Assembly (NCBI GenBank): GCA_950097015.1
Contig: CATNEN010000015.1
Coordinates: 1,488,001 to 1,552,000, forward strand
From: Macrostomum hystrix
Taxonomy: Eukaryota > Animalia > Platyhelminthes
Direction: 5' to 3'
Length of the DNA stretch: 64,000 nt
The notes below the pieces were generated by a model. It was not told where the DNA came from and made no database searches. It saw only the letters and a program-made list of their open reading frames with translations. Of this stretch, positions 39,301-49,626 are shown piece by piece (within the stretch, counting starts at the first letter, position 1; the number at the start of each line of letters is the position of its first letter). The position numbers and the translations under genes were made by a program.

Positions 39301-41984
39301 CTGAGAGAGTGACGAGAATGATGCAAAGCTACTGAGAGAGTGACGAGAATGATGCAAAGCTACTGACACAGTGACGAGAGTGATGCAAAGCTACTGACAC
39401 AGTGACAAGAATGTTGCAAAGCTACTGACACAGTGACAAGAATGATGCAAAGCTACTGAAAGAGTGACGAGAATGATGCAAAGCTACTGTGAGAGTGACG
39501 AGAAGGATGCAAAGCTACTGAAATAGTGACGAGAGTGATGCAAAGCTACTGAAAAAGTGACGAGAATGATGCAAAGCTACTGAGAGAGTGACGAGAATGA
39601 TGCAAAGCTACTGACACAGTGACGAGAGTGATGCAAAGCTACTGACACAGTGACAAGAATGTTGCAAAGCTACTGAAAGAGTGACGAGAATGATGCAAAG
39701 CTACTGACACAGTGACGAGAGTGATGCAAAGCTACTGAGAGAGTGACAAGAATGATGCAAAGCTACTGACACAGTGACAAGAATGTTGCAAAGCTACTGA
39801 GAGAGTGACGAGAATGATGCAAAGCTACTGACACAGTGACGAGAGTGATGCAAAGCTACTGACACAGTGACAAGAATGATGCAAAGCTACTGAAAGAGTG
39901 ACGAGAATGATGCAAAGCTACTGTGAGAGTGACGAGAAGGATGCAAAGCTACTGAAATAGTGACGAGAGTGATGCAAAGCTACTGAAATAGTGACGAGAA
40001 TGATGCAAAGCTACTGAGAGAGTGACGAGAATGATGCAAAGCTACTGAAAGAGTGACGAGAATGATGCAAAGCTACTAAAATGGTGACGAGAATGATGCA
40101 AAGCTACTGAGAGAGTGACGAGAATGATGCAAAGCTACTGACACAGTGACAAGAATGTTGCAAAGCTACTGACACAGTGACAAGAATGATGCAAAGCTAC
40201 TGAAAGAGTGACGAGAATGATGCAAAGCTACTAAAATGGTGACGAGAATGATGCAAAGCTACTGAGAGAGTGACGAGAAGGATGCAAAGCTACTGTGAGA
40301 GTGACGAGAAGGATGCAAAGCTACTGAAATAGTGACGAGAGTGATGCAAAGCTACTGAAAAAGTGACGAGAATGATGCAAAGCTACTGAGAGAGTGACGA
40401 GAATGATGCAAAGCTACTGACACAGTGACGAGAGTGATGCAAAGCTACTGACACAGTGACAAGAATGATGCAAAGCTACTGACACAGTGACAAGAATGTT
40501 GCAAAGCTACTGAGAGAGTGACGAGAATGATGCAAAGCTACTGAAAGAGTGACGAGAATGATGCAAAGCTACTGAAAGAGTGACGAGAATGATGCAAAGC
40601 TACTGAAATAGTGACGAGAATGATGCAAAGCTACTGTGAGAGTGACGAGAATGATGCAAAGCTACTGAGAGAGTGACGAGAATGATGCAAAGCTACTGAA
40701 AGAGTGACGAGAATGATGCAAAGCTACTGAGAGAGTGACGAGAATGATGCAAAGCTACTGAGAGAGTGACGAGAATGATGCAAAGCTACTGACACAGTGA
40801 CGAGAGTGATGCAAAGCTACTGACACAGTGACAAGAATGTTGCAAAGCTACTGACACAGTGACAAGAATGATGCAAAGCTACTGAAAGAGTGACGAGAAT
40901 GATGCAAAGCTACTGTGAGAGTGACGAGAAGGATGCAAAGCTACTGAAATAGTGACGAGAGTGATGCAAAGCTACTGAAAAAGTGACGAGAATGATGCAA
41001 AGCTACTGAGAGAGTGACGAGAATGATGCAAAGCTACTGACACAGTGACGAGAGTGATGCAAAGCTACTGACACAGTGACAAGAATGTTGCAAAGCTACT
41101 GAAAGAGTGACGAGAATGATGCAAAGCTACTGACACAGTGACGAGAGTGATGCAAAGCTACTGAGAGAGTGACAAGAATGATGCAAAGCTACTGACACAG
41201 TGACAAGAATGTTGCAAAGCTACTGAGAGAGTGACGAGAATGATGCAAAGCTACTGACACAGTGACGAGAGTGATGCAAAGCTACTGACACAGTGACAAG
41301 AATGATGCAAAGCTACTGAAAGAGTGACGAGAATGATGCAAAGCTACTGTGAGAGTGACGAGAAGGATGCAAAGCTACTGAAATAGTGACGAGAGTGATG
41401 CAAAGCTACTGAAATAGTGACGAGAATGATGCAAAGCTACTGAGAGAGTGACGAGAATGATGCAAAGCTACTGAAAGAGTGACGAGAATGATGCAAAGCT
41501 ACTAAAATGGTGACGAGAATGATGCAAAGCTACTGAGAGAGTGACGAGAATGATGCAAAGCTACTGACACAGTGACAAGAATGTTGCAAAGCTACTGACA
41601 CAGTGACAAGAATGATGCAAAGCTACTGAAAGAGTGACGAGAATGATGCAAAGCTACTAAAATGGTGACGAGAATGATGCAAAGCTACTGAGAGAGTGAC
41701 GAGAAGGATGCAAAGCTACTGAAATAGTGACGAGAATGATGCAAAGCTACTGAAAGAGTGACGAGAATGATGCAAAGCTACTGTGAGAGTGACGAGAAGG
41801 ATGCAAAGCTACTGAAATAGTGACGAGAGTGATGCAAAGCTACTGAAATAGTGACGAGAATGATGCAAAGCTACTGAGAGAGTGACGAGAATGATGCAAA
41901 GCTACTGAAAGAGTGACGAGAATGATGCAAAGCTACTAAAATGGTGACGAGAATGATGCAAAGCTACTGAGAGAGTGACGAGAA
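33322..41984. repeat. 31-bp satellite, about 280 copies (8.6 kb), with higher-order structure
   Basis: Unit GAGAATGATGCAAAGCTACTGAAAGAGTGAC. Rare variants recur at 2635-bp and 1426-bp spacing. Confidence 0.99.
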
Positions 41985-43357
41985 AGGTAAAAACCTTCGT
42001 GTCATGTATCCGGAGAAAATTATAGCAGAATCTCTTAAAAAACATTTAATAGTCGATAGAAGAACTGTAAGCAGCGGCTTTGTCAGTTTGGTATTTAGCC
42101 AAGTCCTCAAAGCAATCCAGCTAGAAGCAAATCCAATGGCCAGAGGGTCCAGTCTCACACGGAGGTGAAGAAAGAGATGGAGCTGAGAGGATCAGAGATT
42201 GAGTGAGAGCGTTTCCTGTGCGACGGCAGGAATATTGCGGACGGAATTATGGGAAACATTATCTGGCGTTCAATAAATCTTTCTGCCCCGCTACGCCGCT
42301 GCTGTTCACGCCCGATTAAAGGTAAAAACTGTGCCGAATCTGTAAGGGATTTTCCCAATAATTTCTGCGTCTCTTCCTCTGTGTTTGTGTGCTTCCATCC
42401 ATCTCTGGCTATTTCTGTCTAATTCTGCTTTTTATTGCTCGACACAGTGAAAGGGCTCGGAACTCACCTGCGCGCCCGCATCGATTCCTGTGGGCAAACT
42501 GCCTGCTCCAATCCCATTCTTCACTTATCCCAGCATCCCGGCATCAATCTAGCCCTGGTTTCGTCGGCGGTGTCTGACCCGACTGTCGTTTAAACAGAGC
42601 TCGATCCCCTAGATCAACTTTGCCGATGGGACAAACTCAGTCCTAATCATCATTGATCGAAGGGTTGGGAACCTGGGCCGCTCACTCCACTTTCTGGGAT
42701 TAATTTAGAGAATTTTTTTCCGCGCTCAATCTGCGCCAGAATGGGATGAAAGATGGCCGACCAGCGTCCCTGCAATTATCCCCATTTTATTCCATTTCCC
42801 CTCTGATCCCAGATCTCGGGTACTAGAATTTTTTCATGGATGTCAGCAGCCACTGTTGTCTGTTACGGTGGTACTTTCACCGAGTTAATCGAATTTCTGA
42901 TTTCGAATAGAAGCTTTTCTGAAGAGCAGATCGTTACAAACAGTCCTATCACAAGTTCGATCACAACCAATTAGTATTGGGTCCGGGAATAAAAAAAAAC
43001 ACCAGATTTTTTTTGCGCTAGTCACACCTAGCGCAGATATTTCTGACGTGTACAAAGGATGTCGTTCAGTCTATGGACTGGACAAGGCCGCAACAGACAC
43101 CCACATTCCAAACCCAGATTGAAATTGAATCGGCTAGAAGTCGAAGCCCTAGCCACTGCGCTAGAATCGTCCGTGTAGCGATTGGAAATAAATAATCTCA
43201 TTTTCAATTTGGTTTTCTATGGCTAAATATACTACTTACAGTAAGCGCATTCGGAAGCTCGTATTGTAAGAATTGTAGGAATCGGATATTGGATGATATT
43301 AAGACAGACTGTCCATTTGAATCAGAATGTTTTTCTAGGGGCCGCGCCTTTAGGAGC

Positions 43358-43838
43358 GCCACTACCAGTTGACGCCACTACCACTACCAGTGGGCACCAC
43401 TACCACTACCAGTGGGCACCACTACCACTACCAGTTGACGCCACTACCACTACCAGTGGGCACCACTACCACTACCAGTGGGCACCACTACCAGTGGGCA
43501 CCACTACCAGTGGGCACCACTACCAGTGGGCACCACTACCAGTGGGCACCACTACCAGTGGGCACCACTACCAGTGGGCACCACTACCACTACCAGTGGG
43601 CACCACTACCACTACCAGTGGGCACCACTACCACTACCAGTTGACGCCACTACCACTACCAGTGGGCACCACTACCAGTGGGCACCACTACCAGTGGGCA
43701 CCACTACCACTACCAGTGGGCACCACTACCAGTGGGCACCACTACCACTACCAGTGGGCACCACTACCAGTGGGCACCACTACCACTACCAGTGGGCACC
43801 ACTACCAGTGGGCACCACTACCAGTGGGCACCACTACC
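43358..43838. repeat. compound repeat of CCACTA and CCAGTGGGCA/CCAGTTGACG modules
   Basis: Read directly. Confidence 0.95.
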
Positions 43839-43905
43839 AGGAGACTATGACTGTTAATCTTATCCACAGATACTATACTTACTATACACTATAGTATATT
43901 TACTA

Positions 43906-45583
43906 TAGCATTTTGCAGGCTAGTAGAGAAAACAAGCAAGCAATTAAATAATCGATGACAAAGTCAGTGGAATTTTTTACACTCTATGGTCAAAGCCATG
44001 CGCATTCCTGCAACCAAATAAATAATGTGAGCACGCAATTCATCAATTCTCAATGCTTAGCAAACATTCGACAGCTAACTGTGATGCTGTATATTTAAGA
44101 AGCTAAATGGTGTGGTACAAAAAGTGACTATTTAATATGACGAAACATACGAAAAACTAGTACGCAAAACCCAGGGAAAAGTACAAAATGAAACTCGAAA
44201 AAGATTTCCTTCAGTGAAGCTGTCCGATATATGGCAGAAATCAAACGATGTCTTCTCCCGTGACACATCTAGGGATGAAGCGGAGTGCATTCCGAAACCA
44301 TCCTCCACATTTGACCGGTGTGATTTCGGAAGTTGCTTCCTCTGCGATTCTCTGAAGAACAAGAATTCGCCACTCGCATAGTGTTGTCTGTGGTGTGGGA
44401 TTGTCAAGTTCGAGCTGAACTTGGGGCAAAGACAACTGACGTTTTATTGTCGCCTTCAGGCAGGAGTGCGCACTCTCAGTCGGATTCAAAAATGGTGAGT
44501 ACGGCGGCAGCTGCATGACTTGCCAGTTAGCTTCATTTTGTTGCGGGAGCCTCACGCCATTGTGAAATCGAGCACCGTCCATAATGATGCAGAATTGATC
44601 CGCATTATCGACTTCTTCTCGATTGTTGACAGCGTCGAGTAACTCTTCGATAAAAACTTGAAACACATTCGCAGTTAGCGTCTGGCCCAAAATCTTGTGG
44701 TGTACCAGACCGAGGCCAGGTGAGATGGCCTGGATGACATTTACCTGTACACCGCGCTGCGTGTGCAAAGTGCGCCTAACACGCTGACCACGCAAACTGC
44801 GCCCTAGAGATCGTCTTGTCCATATGTTGAACCCTGTCTCGTCTATATAGATCAAGTGACAATCCGGAGGCAGGTCAAGCAGCCACTGTGCAAATGCTTG
44901 TCGGCGTGCTTTATTTTCTGGCGTGTTCCGCGCGACCGGCACGTCAGCATCTCTGCCTAAGCATTTCAGCGTGATCAGGTGTTTGTCTAGAGATCGGCTA
45001 AGTGTTGCTTCGCTTACGCGAAGACCGTCGAACGAATGCTCCAGTTTGCAACGCAACTCTTTAAGTGTCAATAATGGATTGGCATCCAGTGAATCTAGAA
45101 GCAGTTGCACGTGCTGGTTTCCAAGCTTCGACGTTCGATCGCCTCCTCGACGGAGTCGATCACGACGTCCCGTCAGCTCGTAGCGCCGTTGGATAGTATA
45201 CACAGTTGGTACCTTTACATTAAAAAACCTCGAAATCTGCACAGCACTGTCCCCTCGCTCAAGCGCACTGACTATCAGTTCATATTTTTCGTTGCTTATC
45301 TTGGAGTACGGACCACGTGCTGCCGCCGCCTGAACTGCGTCCTCCGCTGTGACAAAGCTGTCTCCATCCTCCTCAAAAATGTCATCTTCCTCGATGTCGA
45401 TTGCGTCCATTTCGAGCTGAAGAAACACAAGAACTGATGACTCTTATGAATTGCATGCTCACTTTATTTATTTGGTTGCAGGAATGCACATGGCTTTGAC
45501 CATAGAGTGTAAAAAATTCCACTGACTTTGTCATTGATTATTTAATTGCTTGCTTGTTTTCTCTACTAGCCTGCAAAATGCTA
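43906..45583 (-). mobile_element. IS630/Tc1/mariner-superfamily DNA transposon, apparently full length (1678 bp)
   Basis: 138-bp TIRs (43906-44043 and 45446-45583) with 4 mismatches. TA dinucleotide on both flanks (boundary uncertain by 2 nt). Encloses an intact transposase ORF. Confidence 0.95.
44241..45410 (-). CDS. DDE transposase (IS630/Gambol-like, DDE_3 type), 389 aa
   Basis: Two N-terminal HTH-like regions, then IYIDETGFN, IIMDGARFH and LPPYSPFLNPTE. There are 33 residues between the second D and the E, with no stops or frameshifts. Confidence 0.95.
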   Translation of the reverse strand: MDAIDIEEDDIFEEDGDSFVTAEDAVQAAAARGPYSKISNEKYELIVSALERGDSAVQISRFFNVKVPTVYTIQRRYELTGRRDRLRRGGDRTSKLGNQHVQLLLDSLDANPLLTLKELRCKLEHSFDGLRVSEATLSRSLDKHLITLKCLGRDADVPVARNTPENKARRQAFAQWLLDLPPDCHLIYIDETGFNIWTRRSLGRSLRGQRVRRTLHTQRGVQVNVIQAISPGLGLVHHKILGQTLTANVFQVFIEELLDAVNNREEVDNADQFCIIMDGARFHNGVRLPQQNEANWQVMQLPPYSPFLNPTESAHSCLKATIKRQLSLPQVQLELDNPTPQTTLCEWRILVLQRIAEEATSEITPVKCGGWFRNALRFIPRCVTGEDIV

Positions 45584-45639
45584 TATTATGTAAGTAATTA
45601 TGTAAGTAAGTAAGTATGTAAGTATTATGTAAGTAAGTA

Positions 45640-46547
45640 TTGGTTTTGTCAGCCTAACTGAGAATAAAGCCACCCAAAATGAGAGTCCTGCCTACGCTGA
45701 CTGCGAAGGGCCTGGCTGCGTGCAGCCTTAGTCTATGGGCCATAGACAATAAAGGACAAGCCAAGTGATAAAAAGGCATCCAATGTGAGAATCGATCACT
45801 TTTTCTCTTTCCCCCAGCTCTCTCCACTCCTCCAAGCGCAACTCCTCCATCACTGCTTCTCCATCACCCACAGTCTCGTTGCTTTCTTGCCAATTTATCC
45901 AACACTTAGAATTAACAGAGTTCAGTCTTCACCACTGCAATAAAAATGCCCGCCTCATCTGTGGACCGCCAGCGACTCATCGCGGCCATTGGAAATGGAA
46001 GCTCACTAAGGGAGAATTTACACCCTTCCTCAACCCATCGGAACTGGCCAGCAGTGCGCTGAAGGCACGGATCAAAAGCCGCCTGGCAGACGCTGGACTA
46101 GTCAACGAGGAGGCCGTTGCTCCAGATGGCGACAACAAAGAGGAGTGGCGATTCATGCTGTTAGAGAGGGAGGCGCGCGAAGCGATTGACGACACAGTCA
46201 CTGCTGGGAAGGCTGCTGCGTGGGACCTGCATTGCAGACGACTCTTTGGGCAGTGCATTGAGGGACGGCTATTTTAACTCTTTACTGTACTGTATCATCC
46301 AGTGTTCCTGTTTCCGTTATTCCATTCAAGCTATTGGCTAGTCATATGGCTCAGATGGTATAAAAATAAAAGAATACGACGCATAGACCAATCGATTCTC
46401 TTATTGGATGGCTTTTTATCACTTGGCTTGTCCTTTATTGTCTATGGCCCATAGACTAAGGCTGCACGCAGCCAGGCCCTTCGCAGTCAGCGGAGTCAGG
46501 ATTCTCATTTTGGGTGGCTTTATTCTCAGTTAGGCTGACAAAACTAA
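45640..46547 (+). mobile_element. Non-autonomous, internally deleted IS630/Tc1-type element (908 bp)
   Basis: 157-bp TIRs (45640-45796 and 46391-46547, about 7 mismatches) flanked by TA. Interior holds a transposase N-terminal helix remnant fused to the C-terminal TPFLNPSE...EEWR...GK...W...C.G segment. Confidence 0.9.
45946..46277 (+). pseudogene. transposase remnant (N-terminal stub plus C-terminal third, core deleted)
   Basis: MPASSVDRQRLIAAIGNGSSLRE is in one frame and FTPFLNPSELASSALKARIK... in another. Both align by eye to the neighbouring transposase. Confidence 0.8.
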
Positions 46548-47601
46548 TATTATGAAAGTAAGTATCTGTGATCTTATCTAATGAAAACCATGGCTCGCAC
46601 GATCAATCAAGCCTACTGTAATCGATACACTGCACGATTGTCTATGGCTAAAACTGGACTAAATAGTTATAGTTTGTTCGCTAAAGATGCTATACAACGG
46701 AGATGCAAGCGATGCAAATCAGTTCTAAATAAAACAAATGAAGACGTGTTCATGCGAGTGTTCATATATGGACCAGTATATAATCTATCTGAGAGCACGT
46801 TTAATCATGAACATGAAAACATTGTGATATTTAATGCATATTATATAAGGGACATTTTATATAATAAGTTAAAGGTCATAGTGAAGATAATTGATCTATG
46901 ATATTGCATGCATAAATTCAAAACAGCCCTTTCTTATTTTGCTACTTTCAAAAGTTTCTGCCTCTGGCCAGAACAAACTGAAATTCGCGGCCATGCATCA
47001 TGTGGCTTATCTTTAAGCAAATGTACTTTTCTTTGCAAACCAACTTGCTGGATACCAATGTCAAGCTAAAAGCTTGAGGGGAATGAGACACCAGACGGGG
47101 ACTAGAATCCAGAGAAAATTTATGAGCCGATTTTGTGTCCAAGCAGCAATTTACAATGACTGAAACGGGCCGGGCGTACGCCTCTTTGTCGAGGCCTGGG
47201 GGTGGGGCGGGGGGCGGGTTCGGCCGCGCCCCCCACCTGCAGCGCGTGCAGCTCTCTGATGGGGAAGCATGTAAAATCACGGGCCTCTTTGCTCTGTCCC
47301 TGTGAATCGCCCCGCACAATTCGTGAGATTTGATCCGGACTGAAGTGGACCGCCTGCTTGGCTGATGCTGGATTTGCACCTGGGGGAGGGGGTGCAGTTC
47401 GGAAGGCTTTTATCTAATCTGCGGTAAACTTTGAAAGCTATAAAATGTGCAATCATTCCTGATTTGCGGCCATCTGTTCAGATCCGCTTGTTAGCTCACT
47501 GTTTAATCCGAATCAATTGCGCACACCCACGTCGATAAACTTGCTGCGACTGACTCTGATTCCGGGAAAAGCCTGAACCAATTTGTTGTCTTTCAGGCAC
47601 C

Positions 47602-49053
47602 ATGTGTTGCCAGACTGCGAACAATATTTCTTACCTGTGCCACCAAGTGCCAGCAACCAACTCCTGCAACATCGTCTTCACGTACTTCAGCCAGTTCAAC
47701 CGCAGCAACTGGGTCGGTCCTTGGCTAGAGTTCATCGCCTTCCTACTCATTTTTGTGCTGTCGACATGCCTGAATCTGCTCATGGTTCACCTGTTTGCCA
47801 AGAACAAGCAGGTGCGCAATTGGACCAACCTGCTAATCACAGCCATTTGCCTGAGCCGATGGGTTATGTCGGTGACCACGCCGTTTCTCGGCGTCACTCG
47901 CCTCACGAGCGATTGGAAGCTGGGTGAAGCTCTTTGCAAAGTTATCCCCAGCCTTCTGATCAGCTTCGGATGCCTGACCACCTGGTTGCTCTGCCTGCTG
48001 AGTCTGGATCGCTACAAGGGCATTGTTGGAGGCCAGCCAATCGGCCGCATCAGCCGTCGGCGCAGTCTCCTGCTGGTCCTCATCGTGCTGGTTTCCGGCC
48101 TAATGGCTGCCCCCTCACTGGCCTTCTTCACTGTGATATCTGCTCAGATTCAATATGGCGCTCACGTTGAGGTGTGCGCGTACAATGTCAGACCTGAGCC
48201 TGAAGCAGTGTTCTACCACAGTTACACGCTGATCCTGGCCATTGTCTCCATCGTGATTCCTCTCGTCGTGTCCACATTTTGCTACGCCGCAATTGGTCGC
48301 GTCGTGTGCATCAACAGACGTCGGCTCATTCGCAGCCTATCGCAGCAGGATCCGGCGAACAGTGGCGGCGGAGCCAGGCCCGAAGTGGCGGCTGTGGCAG
48401 TCGAGGCTGCCGCAGCAGCATCATCAGTGGCACCGGCAGAAGCAGAGGCTGCGCAACCTGCTCACAGTGTGAGATTTGGCCAAGCACCTGACGGCTTGCA
48501 GATCCAGAAGCTGTCCAGTCAGAGCAGTTTGCACCGATCGAGGTGAGTTTTGCTTGTTTTGGCCAATCCTTCTAACTACACGGCCAAGCTGATGTTAGTA
48601 TTGATACTCGCTTGCTTTATTGTAACATTGCCGATTCTCAGAAGCGAAGTAAACAACGCGATTGGAGTTTCCGCGGCTGATAGGCGCATCACCAGAACTA
48701 GCACAATATCCATGGGCCAGCAGAGATACCAGCGCGATAAACGCACCTTCGCCATTCTCGTGCTGACGGTGTCACTGTTCTGCCTGATGAACCTGCCAGT
48801 CGCTGTGTGCCTCATCATTGTTGCGGCCGACATCATCGGGCAGCGACAGAGCCTGTCGTCCAGCTCATTCGTGATCTCGGTGATTGTGATGTCGGCGAAC
48901 TCGGTGGTGAACCCGCTGCTCTATATTTACGCTGGCGAACGATACCGCGAGGCGGCCTCAGACCTGGTGGGCTCATTGCGCTCTGCTGCCGCTTGCTCAA
49001 AAGCAGGCGGCGGTACGCGCGGCGAGTCCACAGGCGGGATGCCACTTGGTTAG
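47602..49053 (+). CDS. Rhodopsin-family (class A) GPCR, peptide-receptor-like orphan. Exons 47602-48542 and 48642-49053, 450 aa
   Basis: Seven hydrophobic segments, ECL1 WKLGEALC, TM3 SLDRY, TM5 IP..CY, TM6 FCLMNLP, TM7 NSVVNPLLY. A 99-nt GT-AG intron (48543-48641) joins the two ORFs in frame. Start context is tttcag|gcaccATG. Confidence 0.92.
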
Positions 49054-49541
49054 CGCCTATTAATTTTAAGTCTCTAGTAGAAAATTATTGAGCACTTCAG
49101 TAGCTGCTCGACACTCACCTGCGCATGCGACAGACAACGCAAAACTCCTTGATCTTCGGGACAAAAATATATTTTGGCAATTTTATTGATTTATCAGATC
49201 TTAAACGTAAATCCTGTCTTACAAAGTTATAATAAAACTTCCCCAGACACACCCACTTTTTGTTGAATTATAATAACTCTTGAGGACACCTATCGTGTGC
49301 TGAGAACAACTCAAATAGAAATACTTTTTTTATTTTTTGAGTTCTCAGATTCTCATTAAAAGTTGTCGCTGCAATGGAAAAAGTTCAATAACAAAAGCAT
49401 CTTTGAAATGGCTTCGCTCGCCTCGTGACCATCAAATGCAGCCTCGGATTTTCTAACCATAGAATGCACATTAAACATCCATGATCTAATACATAATGCT
49501 TGTTATTTTTGTTGCACTTAAATACACTGTTTAGTTCTGTT

Positions 49542-49626
49542 TAGTCTATGGTTCAAACTGCTTTCATTTCGGGACCATCAAATGATTTGATGGTCCTGGA
49601 ATTATAGCACTTTAAACCATAGACTA
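49542..49626. mobile_element. 85-bp hairpin/MITE-like element
   Basis: Outer 21-bp inverted repeat TAGTCTATGG…CCATAGACTA (2 mismatches) and an inner perfect 12-bp palindrome GGACCATCAAAT-G-ATTTGATGGTCC. Confidence 0.65.

Noticed and set aside
33322-41984. CRISPR-like appearance of the 31-bp, 45-bp and 46-bp arrays
   Set aside because: Units are contiguous with no unique spacers, there are no cas genes, and the context is eukaryotic.
43293-43894. HHYQWAPLPVGTTTSG repeat ORFs
   Set aside because: A compound simple repeat that is open in several frames, with no unique coding flank.
48550-49053. Separate 167-aa gene
   Set aside because: It is exon 2 of the GPCR, and its first 92 nt are intron.
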